A stretch of 64,000 bases of DNA from NCBI GenBank assembly GCA_965200315.1, contig OZ241362.1, positions 2,336,001 through 2,400,000 of the forward strand. The letters are read 5' to 3'. A model generated the notes under the pieces. That model searched no databases, had not been told where the DNA came from, and saw only the letters and a list, made by a program, of their open reading frames with translations. The stretch comes from Candidatus Latescibacterota bacterium. Its GTDB lineage: Bacteria > Latescibacterota > UBA2968 > UBA8231. The position numbers were made by a program, and so were the translations under genes. Each line of letters begins with the position of its first letter. Position 1 is the stretch's first letter. This document shows, piece by piece, positions 29,973-40,121 of the stretch.

Positions 29973-31415
29973 CTAGCCGAGACGCAAGCGAAAGAACATC
30001 ACAGAAACGGCAGTGCCCTTCGCTATTCCCGGTAAGAGGCCGCCGCGCATGGCGAGGCTGGCCTCTAAGAAACTGATCTGCACGGACGACAACACAAACG
30101 GGCCGAAAGCAAAGCCGACCGCCGAACTGCTGCTCCGCCCGCCCAGCGACAGGCCAATGCGAGCAGGCAACCAGTCCGCCAGCCAGTACTCGACCCCACC
30201 GGCTAGCCGCGGCCGAGCCCGCATCCCAAACTTAGAACTGAACGCTTGGTCCCAATTGCCAACCACCGTTAGCTGCGGCTTGGCCTGATAAGCTACTCCG
30301 AACCGCAGCGTGGCCGGTAGCGAGCGCGAGAACGGCTTTTGGCCGATCTGCTTGGTAAAGTCTGGATCGCCGTCGCCGTCGAAATCCGGGTTGTCGAAAA
30401 CTTCCTCAATGGACCGCGAGTCCGCGTCTAAAAAGCGGGAGATGCGCAATTCGTTGGTCGCGAGAAAAATGGAGTCTTGGCGCGCTCCCCTGCTCCAAGA
30501 GAATGTGTCGAGCAGGTTAAGCGCGCTGAAGCTGAAGGTCGTCTTGCGGTTTTTGCTGCGGCCAGCAATGCCGACATCGAGGCCAACGCCGAAGCCCATG
30601 CGGGCGTGCTGGGCAATCAGCCAAGCATCCGCCTCAGCACCGCCGACGCGAGCCACCAGCCCGGTGCCGCCGGATTCGATAATCTCTCCGTACGTGCCCA
30701 GCGAGAACTTGAGCGTACTGCCAACTGTGAACTCGCTTAGATAGGGCGCGAGGCGAACTGGCATCGCGGGCTTTGCAGCAGCGACATTGAGCGTACCCAC
30801 GGCCCATCCCGATCCATTCCAGTCGCTGACGTCGTACCCTTCGCTCCTGCCGGCTGCTAAGCGGTCTTCCGCAAACTCGTTGCCAAAAAAGAACAACTCC
30901 AACACGTCCTTGGGAATTTCGCTCTCCACCCCGCTGGTAAATCCCACGGCAATGGCCGAGCGCACTTCTCCGATGGCAAAGGCCACGCCCCCATTGATCG
31001 GGAGGCCCGCAACGAGCGTTGGCTCGATATCCCCGTTCATGCGCAGGCCCGCGTCTGGGATGTCGGCGAGCAGCTTTTTTTTCTCTACTGGGCTGATGTA
31101 GTAAGGGCTGCCGTTGGGAGACACCTTCTCGTTGGCGGCCGTGAAGTGGGCATTGTACGTGGCAACCGAAAAACTGTTGTTTTCGGCAACCAAGCAAAGG
31201 CCCACACCGAGCAAGTCCCAAGAAAACTTGCGGCTGTCCGCAAGCGCTAAATTCGCCGGATTCCAAAAGACGGCTTCCGGCCCGCGGGCCAAAGCCGTAT
31301 AAGCCTGGCCCAGCGCCATAGCCCGCGGGCTAGCGTCGCCGGGAACGGCAGCCATCTGCTCGTAGGCCCCGGCGACGAACAGGGCCGATAGAACGATCAA
31401 TCCCTTGCCTTGCAC
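29973..31415 (-). CDS. Putative outer-membrane beta-barrel protein (DUF5723/TraF-like)
   Basis: RAMALGQAYTA, AVFWNPANL N-terminal motif, alternating beta-strands in the C-terminal half. Confidence 0.6.
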   Translation of the reverse strand: MQGKGLIVLSALFVAGAYEQMAAVPGDASPRAMALGQAYTALARGPEAVFWNPANLALADSRKFSWDLLGVGLCLVAENNSFSVATYNAHFTAANEKVSPNGSPYYISPVEKKKLLADIPDAGLRMNGDIEPTLVAGLPINGGVAFAIGEVRSAIAVGFTSGVESEIPKDVLELFFFGNEFAEDRLAAGRSEGYDVSDWNGSGWAVGTLNVAAAKPAMPVRLAPYLSEFTVGSTLKFSLGTYGEIIESGGTGLVARVGGAEADAWLIAQHARMGFGVGLDVGIAGRSKNRKTTFSFSALNLLDTFSWSRGARQDSIFLATNELRISRFLDADSRSIEEVFDNPDFDGDGDPDFTKQIGQKPFSRSLPATLRFGVAYQAKPQLTVVGNWDQAFSSKFGMRARPRLAGGVEYWLADWLPARIGLSLGGRSSSSAVGFAFGPFVLSSVQISFLEASLAMRGGLLPGIAKGTAVSVMFFRLRLG

Positions 31416-31422
31416 TTGTGCC

Positions 31423-32994
31423 CTACTTGACCAAGTCCTCGTTGAATTCCATGAAAATCACCGCCCCAGCTTCCACCGCGACGAAATCACTCGCCCGCAT
31501 CACTACCTCGCGCGGCATCTTGTCCAGCTCGACCAGCATACCTGTATAGACGCCGGCTTCCCGCAGAAATACCTGCACGTCTTCGCCGGCGAGCGCGATC
31601 CGTTGGTGGCTGAATGCACTTGCCACAACCTGCCCTTCGGGACCGACATCGCCGGCCCCTACCGCAAAGAAACCCTGCTTGGGAATCCGCAAATAGCCGT
31701 TGGCCTCGTTGTCGGTGAATAGATCTTGGCTGCCGTACACATCTTCGACCCTCGGCGCGACCCACAGGCTGACGCGGATGGCGGTGGGCAGGTGATTTTC
31801 AATCGCAGTAACTGCGACAGCACTGTCGAGGCTGGCGTGGATGCGGCGGCGGGCATCGTCGTCTTGGAAGCGCCGAAAGATCGGAGCGAACTCAATGCGG
31901 GTGTCTTCTTCTAGCTGAAAATGGCCCTGCGTGGCAAAGCGCACGTGGTCGATCTGCACCCAATGACTGGAATCGATCACTTCTGAGGACTCGCCGTCGC
32001 CGATATGCACGGTCGGAGCAACCGCGACCTCGGCCGGCAGCAGGCTGAGAAATTCGGTCAGCTCTGCGGAAGCCAGCGACAAGACGAGCGACACAGGATG
32101 ATCTGGGTCGCCGCGCTGGAACACTTCGGAAATCATCAGGGAACCCTGCTCGCCGTGGTCGTTGGTGCCCGCGATGTGGAGATCGATGCGGCTGCGAAAA
32201 CCAACGCCCGACGTCAGGCCAACTTTTAAGGCGACCGAGCTGAAGGCGATCTGATCTAAACCTGCGGGAAAATCGACTGCGCGAGAGACCGGCGCGACCG
32301 GCAGGATGACCTCGTTGAGTACGCCCTCGACGTGGCTGAGGAGCAAGTCCCCGGTCTCAGCTTCTAGCAGTAGCTCGTCAGTAGTGCTGGTCTCTGCAAA
32401 TTCGCCCTGCACCCGGTATGAGAACCGCAATTGGAGAGGACTCTGCGGGGCAAACTCACTGCCGGCCAAGTCAAAGGGCACCACCTTGCTCTCGCCAGAG
32501 GCGAGCGCGTCAATGAGGAAGGCGTGGATCGTGCCGTCCGGCCTTTTGACATCGTCCAAGACCAGCTCGACCTGCAAGGGGATCGCGGTCTGGTTGGTCG
32601 CCTTGAGGGTCAGGCTGCCGGCGGCAATGACCGCGTGCGCGATTTGGATGCGGTTGTCGGCAAAGGCGAGGGCCTCGGTTTTGGCAATCGCACCATCAGC
32701 CGGCCCAATCGGCACCGCCAAGGAAGCAGAGATGAGCGCGACGCGAAGGCGGTCGCCGACTTCCTCGCGGTGGTTGAAGTCCGCGGTAAAATCTACCGCG
32801 AGCAGGCCCTCGTCGTCGATCTTCAGGAAGCTGGTGCGCTCGTCGGCCAAGTCCTGAACCGTCGTCCGGTCGTCGGCGACGGGGATGCTGATCTGGAAAT
32901 TGGTGCTGGGAATTTGGGGGGAGTTTACTTCGCAGCCCGTCAACGCGCTGACCCCTAGGAGCGCGCCCAACCATCGCCACCGTCCGGCAGTCAT
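31423..32994 (-). CDS. Hypothetical lipoprotein, beta-rich
   Basis: Lipobox ALTGC; 523 aa. Confidence 0.7.
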   Translation of the reverse strand: MTAGRWRWLGALLGVSALTGCEVNSPQIPSTNFQISIPVADDRTTVQDLADERTSFLKIDDEGLLAVDFTADFNHREEVGDRLRVALISASLAVPIGPADGAIAKTEALAFADNRIQIAHAVIAAGSLTLKATNQTAIPLQVELVLDDVKRPDGTIHAFLIDALASGESKVVPFDLAGSEFAPQSPLQLRFSYRVQGEFAETSTTDELLLEAETGDLLLSHVEGVLNEVILPVAPVSRAVDFPAGLDQIAFSSVALKVGLTSGVGFRSRIDLHIAGTNDHGEQGSLMISEVFQRGDPDHPVSLVLSLASAELTEFLSLLPAEVAVAPTVHIGDGESSEVIDSSHWVQIDHVRFATQGHFQLEEDTRIEFAPIFRRFQDDDARRRIHASLDSAVAVTAIENHLPTAIRVSLWVAPRVEDVYGSQDLFTDNEANGYLRIPKQGFFAVGAGDVGPEGQVVASAFSHQRIALAGEDVQVFLREAGVYTGMLVELDKMPREVVMRASDFVAVEAGAVIFMEFNEDLVK

Positions 32995-33013
32995 CCGCTA
33001 GCCGCTCAAGGAT

Positions 33014-34180
33014 CTATTTGATCCCCACAGCCCGGCGCAGCGGCTCGACCTTGTCGGTCCGTTCCCAGATGAACTCTGGCTCCTCGCGCCCAAAGTGGCC
33101 GTAGTTGGTGGTTTTTCGGTAGATGGGCCGCCTCAGTTGTAGGGCCTCAATGATGCCCTTGGGGGTTAGGTCGAAGACCTTTTCCACAGCCTCGGCGATC
33201 TCCTCGTCGGGCGCGATGCCCGTGCCAAAGGTATCGACCCGCACGGATACGGGCGCGGCCACGCCAATGGCATAGGCCAGTTGCACTTGGCAGCGGGCGG
33301 CCAAGCGGGCAGCCACCACGTTCTTGGCCACGTAGCGCGCCATGTAGTGGGCACTGCGGTCCACCTTGCTGGGGTCCTTGCCAGAAAAGGCACCCCCGCC
33401 GTGGGGGCACGCGCCTCCGTAGGTATCGACGATAATCTTGCGGCCCGTCAATCCACAGTCGCCGGCCGGCCCGCCGATGACGAAGCGACCCGTGGGGTTG
33501 ACGTGGTATTGGGTATCTGCGTCGAGCAGGTGAGCGGGAATTACTTCTTTCACGACCTGTTCGATCATGTCTTTTTTGATCTGCGCGTGACTGACCTCGG
33601 GAGCGTGTTGGGTCGAGAGGACCACGGCGCTTACCCGCACAGGCTGACCGTCGTCGTACTCGACCGTGACTTGAGACTTGGCGTCCGGGCGCAGATAGGG
33701 AATTTTCTCGTCTTTGCGCAGCCGCGTCAGGTGTTGCATAAGCGCGTGCGCGAGAGTAATGGGCAGCGGCATGAGCTGGCAGGTTTCGCGGCAGGCATAG
33801 CCAAACATCATGCCTTGGTCGCCAGCGCCCTCTTCCTTGTGCAACCCCTCACCCGCGTTGACGCCCTGGGCTATATCGGACGATTGCTGGCCCAAGGCCA
33901 CGAGAATAGAGCACGAGCGAAAGTCAAAGCCTTGCTTGGGAGCGCAGTAGCCAATATCGGCGATGACCTGCCTGACGAGGGCTTTAATGTCTAGGCAAGC
34001 CTCGCTTTTAACCTCGCCGGCGACTACTACTCGATTGGTGGTAACGAGGGTCTCGCAGGCGACCCGGGCGTTGAGGTCCTCCGCGAGCATGGCGTCGAGC
34101 ACGGCGTCGGAAATCTGGTCGGCGACTTTGTCGGGATGCCCTTCGGAGACGGATTCGGAAGTAAACATGTATTTGGACAT
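33014..34180 (-). CDS. metK: S-adenosylmethionine synthetase
   Basis: [35 protein letters not shown]. Confidence 0.98.
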   Translation of the reverse strand: MSKYMFTSESVSEGHPDKVADQISDAVLDAMLAEDLNARVACETLVTTNRVVVAGEVKSEACLDIKALVRQVIADIGYCAPKQGFDFRSCSILVALGQQSSDIAQGVNAGEGLHKEEGAGDQGMMFGYACRETCQLMPLPITLAHALMQHLTRLRKDEKIPYLRPDAKSQVTVEYDDGQPVRVSAVVLSTQHAPEVSHAQIKKDMIEQVVKEVIPAHLLDADTQYHVNPTGRFVIGGPAGDCGLTGRKIIVDTYGGACPHGGGAFSGKDPSKVDRSAHYMARYVAKNVVAARLAARCQVQLAYAIGVAAPVSVRVDTFGTGIAPDEEIAEAVEKVFDLTPKGIIEALQLRRPIYRKTTNYGHFGREEPEFIWERTDKVEPLRRAVGIK

Positions 34181-34199
34181 AGTGTATTCTCAAGCTCCT

Positions 34200-35966
34200 T
34201 CAGTGATACCTCTGACGCCAGAAGGGTACGTACTTGCCGACGGCATCTCCCAAGTGCTCGCGCACCTCAGTTCCAGTGTCCAAGGTCAAGCATTCGTCGG
34301 CGATTTCCTGTGCCTTTTCCGCGCGAATGGCGCGAATGACCTCCTTGACCTCTGGGATGAGACCAGGGCTTAGACTCAGACAATCCAGCCCGAGACCGAG
34401 CAAGAGCGTCGTGGCCAAGGGGTCGCCGGCCATCTCGCCGCAGATGCTCACGGGCGTGTTAGTGCGCTGGCCGCTGTCGGCGACCATCTTGATCAAGCGC
34501 AAGACCGCCGGGTGAAACGGGTCGTAGAGCCAAGCCACCTTGCTCATGCCGCGATCCACGGCCAACGCGTACTGGGTCAGGTCGTTGGTGCCGAGACTAA
34601 AAAAATCCGCTTCGCTGGCAAAGTGATCGGCCATCAAAGCCACGGACGGCACTTCGACCATAATTCCCAGCTTGCAATGCTCGGCAAAGGGCCGCCCCGC
34701 CGCTCGCAGTTCGTCTTTGGCTTCCTCCACTAGTACCCGGATACGCCGCAGCTCGTTCAAGCTAGATATCATTGGCAACAAAATTTGAGCCTCGCCGCGT
34801 ACTCCGGCTCTGAGCAGGGCGCGCAACTGCGTCTTGAACAGATCTGGGGTATCGAGACAGATGCGGATGCCGCGCCATCCCAAGAAGGGGTTGGCCTCGG
34901 ACGGCACCTCCAAGACGTGGGACAGCTTGTCGCCTCCCAAGTCCATGGTGCGGATCACTACGGGATGCGGGACCAGCGATTCGACGAGGGCGGAATAGAC
35001 CTTGAACTGCTCTTCCTCGGAGGGCAAGCGGTAGTTGAGATACAGGAACTCGGTGCGGTACATGCCCACGCCGCGGGCACCGTGGTCGAGCGCCATCTGC
35101 ACTTCGGCCGGCACATCGACATTGGCCATCAATACAATTTCCTGCCCGTCTCGGGTAACGGCAGGTAAGTTGCGGCGCCTCTCTAGGCCGCGCTCGCGTC
35201 GAAGCTGACGCCGGCGACGCGCCCGATAGCTCCGCTCACCGCGAGCATCGGGCCGCAGGTGGACTTGGCCTTCGTTGCCATCAACGACCACCAAGTCGCC
35301 ATCTACCACTTGCTGCGAACAGTCGCCGGTGCCGACGACCGTGGGTAGCTGCAACGAGCGGGCGATGATGGCCGCGTGCGAAGCCGCACCGCCGGCATCG
35401 AGTACCACGCCTTTGATCCGGCGGCGCTCTAGGCGCACCATCTCCGAGGGCAGCAAATCGTGGGCTAGGACAATCGTGTTGGCGCGGAGCGAATCGAGTG
35501 CTTTGACCTCGCCTCCCGCTAAGCGCATCAACACCTGATTCTCGATATCCGCGATGTCGCTTATTCGCGCCCGCAGGTATTCGTTTTCAATGCTGCCGAA
35601 GGCCTCTTTGACTTTCTCCAGTTCTTCGGCGTACGCCCGCTCAGCCGAATAGTGCTTTTCGCGAATCAATGCCTCGGTGCGCTCTATGATGGATGGGTCC
35701 TCTAGCATAGCGAGCTGGGCGTCGAAGATCTGCGCCAACTCCTCGCCCTGCTCGCTGGCGACCCAGCGACGAATGCGGCGAATTTCGTCCCCAGCTTGGT
35801 GGAGTATGTTGCGAAAGCGCTCGATCTCCTCCCCAACCAGATGCTGCGCCACGCGCTGGCGAGTGATAACCGGGGCCTGCTTGTCGTATGCGAAAGCCCG
35901 GCCAATGCCAATGCCGGGGGAGACGCATATACCATCGAAAACCCTATGTTCGCTGGTCGTGGTCAA
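34200..35966 (-). CDS. ptsI: PEP-protein phosphotransferase (PTS enzyme I)
   Basis: SHAAI phospho-His, YRTEFL, EANPFLGWRGIR, GTNDLTQY, CGEMAGD. Confidence 0.95.
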   Translation of the reverse strand: MTTTSEHRVFDGICVSPGIGIGRAFAYDKQAPVITRQRVAQHLVGEEIERFRNILHQAGDEIRRIRRWVASEQGEELAQIFDAQLAMLEDPSIIERTEALIREKHYSAERAYAEELEKVKEAFGSIENEYLRARISDIADIENQVLMRLAGGEVKALDSLRANTIVLAHDLLPSEMVRLERRRIKGVVLDAGGAASHAAIIARSLQLPTVVGTGDCSQQVVDGDLVVVDGNEGQVHLRPDARGERSYRARRRRQLRRERGLERRRNLPAVTRDGQEIVLMANVDVPAEVQMALDHGARGVGMYRTEFLYLNYRLPSEEEQFKVYSALVESLVPHPVVIRTMDLGGDKLSHVLEVPSEANPFLGWRGIRICLDTPDLFKTQLRALLRAGVRGEAQILLPMISSLNELRRIRVLVEEAKDELRAAGRPFAEHCKLGIMVEVPSVALMADHFASEADFFSLGTNDLTQYALAVDRGMSKVAWLYDPFHPAVLRLIKMVADSGQRTNTPVSICGEMAGDPLATTLLLGLGLDCLSLSPGLIPEVKEVIRAIRAEKAQEIADECLTLDTGTEVREHLGDAVGKYVPFWRQRYH

Positions 35967-36235
35967 GTTTGCCCCTCGAACGTGCTCTCCAACAGTGAGA
36001 TCATGGCCGCGGCGGCCGCGTTCTCGTCTTCGCCCTCGGCCCGGACGGCGACTTGGGCACCTTGCTCGGCAGCCAGCATCATCACGCCCATGATGCTCTT
36101 GCCGTTGACCCCATCGACGTCGCCTTTGGAAAGGTAAATGTCAGCTTTGAACTGGGCTGCCGTCTGCACCAACAGCGCGGCTGGACGAGCGTGAATACCC
36201 AGTGGATTGTTGATGATGGCCGTCTTTTCAACCAT
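35963..36235 (-). CDS. ptsH: HPr phosphocarrier protein
   Basis: GIHARPA (His15) and GKSIMGVMML (Ser46). Confidence 0.95.
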   Translation of the reverse strand: MVEKTAIINNPLGIHARPAALLVQTAAQFKADIYLSKGDVDGVNGKSIMGVMMLAAEQGAQVAVRAEGEDENAAAAAMISLLESTFEGQT

Positions 36236-36246
36236 GGCCTATTGCT

Positions 36247-37002
36247 TTACTCCTGTCGTTCTTTCACGTGTACTGCTCGGCTCAGAGCACATAGGCGCTG
36301 CTGATCGTCTTCGACGACGCTGCCCGTGACCACGAAGCCCGCACCGGCCTCCACCTTGGCTCGCGCCACTCCCGGTTCGCGGATGCCGCCGCCGACGACG
36401 ACCGGCACCGATACGCAATCCGCTACCGCGCTGACCAATTCGTCGGGCACAGAAGCGCACGCGCCGCTGCCGGTCTCTAGGTAAATAAGCCGCATGCCCA
36501 AGTACTCGGCCGCCAAGGCGTGGGCCATAGCAATGTCGATCTTGTCGCGCGGGATGGGCCGGGTATCGCTCATAAATTCCACCGAGGTCAGGGTCCCGGA
36601 CTCGACCAGCATATATCCGGTAGGGATGGCTTCAATGCCGTACTCGCGGATCAAGGGTGCGGCCTTGACGTGCTCGCCGATCAAGAGCTCGGGATTGCGT
36701 CCGCTGACCAGCGACAGAAAGAAGATCGCATCGGCCGTCGGCACCACTTGACCCCAGCTCCCAGGAAAGCTGATCACCGGCACATCAACCTTGGCCCGGA
36801 CGCGCTCGAAACAGACCGCATTGCGAGCCGAGAACATCAGGCTCGTACCGATGAGGATCGCGTCGGCCCCGGCCGCAGCGCAGAGCTGGGCGCGAGCCTC
36901 TAATTCGTCTGGAGCCAACCGATCTGGATCCAGCAAGGGCAGGTAGCCAGCGCCGCGGCGGTGACGGATGTCTAGTAGGTGTTGCAGTACACTGCTTGTC
37001 AC
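36247..37002 (-). CDS. Geranylgeranylglyceryl/heptaprenylglyceryl phosphate synthase (GGGPS/PcrB family)
   Basis: LLDPD, FPG, FLSLVSGRNP, YLETGSG, VGGGIR, VTGS motifs. Confidence 0.88.
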   Translation of the reverse strand: MTSSVLQHLLDIRHRRGAGYLPLLDPDRLAPDELEARAQLCAAAGADAILIGTSLMFSARNAVCFERVRAKVDVPVISFPGSWGQVVPTADAIFFLSLVSGRNPELLIGEHVKAAPLIREYGIEAIPTGYMLVESGTLTSVEFMSDTRPIPRDKIDIAMAHALAAEYLGMRLIYLETGSGACASVPDELVSAVADCVSVPVVVGGGIREPGVARAKVEAGAGFVVTGSVVEDDQQRLCALSRAVHVKERQE

Positions 37003-37015
37003 AAATTCAACTCGC

Positions 37016-39652
37016 CTATTTTAGCTGCTGCTCGACGATGCTCGCCACTTGCGCTAGCGCCTCGTCGAGTTTGCCCGGGTCGCGTCCGCCCGCCTGGGCC
37101 AAGTGCGCCTTGCCGCCGCCCGAACCACCAGCTAGCTGCGCCACGCCGCGCACAATGTCGCCGGCCTTCAGCCCGCGGCCCTTAATCAAGTCGTCGGTGA
37201 CAACGGCAATAAAGGAAACCTTGCCGCCGATATCCGCCCCCAAGACGCCAACTCCCGACCCCAAGCTCTCTCGCAGTCCGTCGGCCATGGCCCGCAGGCT
37301 GGGCACATCCTCGGCTTGGGTGCGTTGCGCCACGACCTTGACCCCTTGTACTTCTCGCGCCTCGTTCAAATTATTGGTTGCCTCTAACGCCGCAACCCGA
37401 CGCCGCAATTCGTCGAGGGACCGCTCCAACTGGCGATTGCGCCCCAAGAGCGCCTCGATTTTGTCCGCCAACTTTTCAGGCGCGGCATTGAGCCGGGTGC
37501 CCAAATCCGCCAACACCTGCCGTCGCAGGTGCGCGACGCGTTCGGCCCCAGCGCCGGTCAACGCCTCGCTGCGCCGGACGCCAGCGGCAATGCCGCTTTC
37601 GGAAAGCAAATCGAAAGCGCCGATCTCACCGGTCGAGCGCACATGGGTGCCACCGCACAGTTCAAGACTAAAGTCGCCGATCCGCACCACGCGAACTTGA
37701 TCGTCGTATTTCTCGCCGAAGAGCGCCTGCGCCCCCATAGCCTTGGCTTTTTCCAACGCTTCTTGAAAGGCACTCACTGCTAGATCGGCGCGAATCTGCT
37801 CGTTGACCCGCTCCTCGATTTCGCGCAACTGCTCAGGCTGTGCGGCGGCGAAATGCGAAAAGTCAAAGCGCAAGCGGTCTGGCGCAACCAGCGAACCCAT
37901 CTGCCCTACGTGGTCGCCGAGGGTCCGCCGCAGCGACTCGTGCAATAAATGGGTCGCCGTGTGGTTGCGCTCGGCGTCCATGCGGGCTTGGCGGTCCACT
38001 CGGGCGACAACTGCACCGATCAACGCTTCAGCCTCGCCCTCCACTAAGCGACCTTTGTGGACGATGCCGCCGCGCGCCCGCTGCACTTCTTCGACTTCGA
38101 CGGCAAAACCGTTGCCCTCGATCCGGCCGCGGTCGCCGACCTGCCCCCCGGCTTCAGCGTAGAAAGGGGTCCGATCCAGTACGAGCCACACGGTTCGGCT
38201 GAGCTCACCGTCGAAGCCTCGGCTATTTTCGCCTTCTTCGGCCTGTACCACCCGAGCGTCTGTTTCCAACTCGTCGTAGCCGACGAAGCGCGAATGCGTT
38301 CCCTCCAAGGCATCGCCCATGCCTTCGCTGGCACTAAACTGTGCTCGGGTGGCCTGACGCGCCCGCTGCCGCTGGGATTCAAGTGCGTGATCGAACTGGT
38401 CCCGCTCGACTAGCGGGATCCCCTGTTCGCGGGCCATTAGCTCCGTCAGATCCAACGGGAAGCCATAGGTGTCGTAGAGTTGGAAAGCATCGCCGCCGGT
38501 GATCTGCCCCTTGACTGCAAACCGTGCGAAGATGTCTAGACCGCGGTCGAGGGTCTTGCCAAAACTCTCTTCCTCGGAGTGAATGACTCGGGCAATGTGA
38601 TCCTGCCTAGCTACGACCTCCGGGAAAACATGCCCCATAGTTTCGCCCAACGTGCCAACTAACTGGTGAATGAAGGGATCGTGCTGATCGAGCTGGCGGG
38701 CGTAGCGCGCGGCGCGGCGCAGGATGCGGCGCAGGACGTAGCCACGCCCCTCGTTGGAGGGCATTGCACCATCGGCCATGGCGAAGCTGAGGGCGCGGAC
38801 GTGGTCGGCGATGACCTGCATGGGGACGCGGTGCTCGCCGCCGTACTCTTGCCCCGTCAGCTCGGCGATGCGGCCGATGAGCGGCCGGAAGACATCGGTC
38901 TCGTAGTTGCTGGCGGCCCCTTGCAAGAGGCTGCACATCCGCTCAAAGCCCATGCCGGTATCCACGTGCTTTTCAGGCAGGGATTGCAGCGCTCCGGTCT
39001 CGTCGCGGTTGTATTGGATGAAGACCAAGTTCCAGATCTCGACCAGATCGCCCGTATCGTCGATGAGCATACGGGGGGCTTGCGCCGACAAATCGTCTCC
39101 CAAGTAGTAATGGATCTCGGAGCAAGGGCCGCAGGGACCGGTCTCGCCCATTTCCCAAAAGTTTTCCTTGGCCGGCAGGCGCACGACGCGGCCCGGCAGC
39201 AAGTCGGTGCATTCGTACCAGAACGCCTCAGCCTCCGCGTCGGCTTCTACCGAGTCGTCGCCGACAAAGATAGTCGCCCAGAGCCGCTCCTTTTCCAAGC
39301 CAAAGTGCTCGGTAATTAACTCCCAGCCCCATTCGATGGCCTCTTTTTTGAAGTAGTCGCCAAAGGACCAGTTGCCCAGCATCTCAAAGAAGGTGTGGTG
39401 CCAAGGGCTGTAGCCGACTTCGTCGAGGTCGTTGTGCTTGCCCGAGACCCGCACGACCTTCTGAGTATCAACCGCCCGGGTGTAGTCGCGCCGGCCCAAG
39501 CCCAAGAAGACATCCTTGAACTGGTTCATGCCGGCGTTGGTAAAATAGAGGGTGGGGTCGTCTTGCGGCACGACCGGCGCACTCGGCACGCGCACGTGGC
39601 CCTTGCCTTCAAAAAAACGGAGGAACGCCTCCCTAATCTCCCTTGACTTCAT
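37016..39652 (-). CDS. alaS: Alanine--tRNA ligase
   Basis: FTNAGMNQFK, HHTFFEMLGN, DTGMGFER, NHTATH, ELCGGTH, GGSGGG. Confidence 0.98.
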   Translation of the reverse strand: MKSREIREAFLRFFEGKGHVRVPSAPVVPQDDPTLYFTNAGMNQFKDVFLGLGRRDYTRAVDTQKVVRVSGKHNDLDEVGYSPWHHTFFEMLGNWSFGDYFKKEAIEWGWELITEHFGLEKERLWATIFVGDDSVEADAEAEAFWYECTDLLPGRVVRLPAKENFWEMGETGPCGPCSEIHYYLGDDLSAQAPRMLIDDTGDLVEIWNLVFIQYNRDETGALQSLPEKHVDTGMGFERMCSLLQGAASNYETDVFRPLIGRIAELTGQEYGGEHRVPMQVIADHVRALSFAMADGAMPSNEGRGYVLRRILRRAARYARQLDQHDPFIHQLVGTLGETMGHVFPEVVARQDHIARVIHSEEESFGKTLDRGLDIFARFAVKGQITGGDAFQLYDTYGFPLDLTELMAREQGIPLVERDQFDHALESQRQRARQATRAQFSASEGMGDALEGTHSRFVGYDELETDARVVQAEEGENSRGFDGELSRTVWLVLDRTPFYAEAGGQVGDRGRIEGNGFAVEVEEVQRARGGIVHKGRLVEGEAEALIGAVVARVDRQARMDAERNHTATHLLHESLRRTLGDHVGQMGSLVAPDRLRFDFSHFAAAQPEQLREIEERVNEQIRADLAVSAFQEALEKAKAMGAQALFGEKYDDQVRVVRIGDFSLELCGGTHVRSTGEIGAFDLLSESGIAAGVRRSEALTGAGAERVAHLRRQVLADLGTRLNAAPEKLADKIEALLGRNRQLERSLDELRRRVAALEATNNLNEAREVQGVKVVAQRTQAEDVPSLRAMADGLRESLGSGVGVLGADIGGKVSFIAVVTDDLIKGRGLKAGDIVRGVAQLAGGSGGGKAHLAQAGGRDPGKLDEALAQVASIVEQQLK

Positions 39653-40121
39653 TGGCTAACTCCTGCCATACCTGTTCGACCACTGCTCTAGCCATTTCCG
39701 CATCGCAACCACGCCGGGCCAAAAAGCCCAACATCCGACGCTTGGCCTTGTCGGGTGCCAAGCCCCGGTAGCGCCAAGCCTGCTTGCTCAGCAACGCGAC
39801 CGTCCGTTCGCTCGAATCGAGCACTGGCGCGTACTCGGCGATGACCTCGTCAACGACGCCAGCGGCCACGCCTTTGTGCCTGAGATCTTGGGCTAGTTTG
39901 CGCGCACCATAAGCCCGCGGCAATCGCGCCTCAATCCAGCGCCGAGCGAACTCGCGGTCGTCGAGAAGCTGCTGGCGTTGCAAGTCGGCGACAACCTCGG
40001 CGACAACCTCGGCGGCAAAGTCCTTCTCCCTTAGCTTATCGCGCACCTCCGCTACGGATCGCGCCCTATAGCTGAGATAGTGATAGGCGGCATCCTTGGC
40101 CTTTTGCAGTGGGTCGTCCAC
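39633..40121 (-). CDS. recX: Regulatory protein RecX
   Basis: YLSYRARSVAEVRDKL, LDDREFA, FLARRG; directly after recA. Confidence 0.9.
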   Translation of the reverse strand: MDDPLQKAKDAAYHYLSYRARSVAEVRDKLREKDFAAEVVAEVVADLQRQQLLDDREFARRWIEARLPRAYGARKLAQDLRHKGVAAGVVDEVIAEYAPVLDSSERTVALLSKQAWRYRGLAPDKAKRRMLGFLARRGCDAEMARAVVEQVWQELANEVKGD

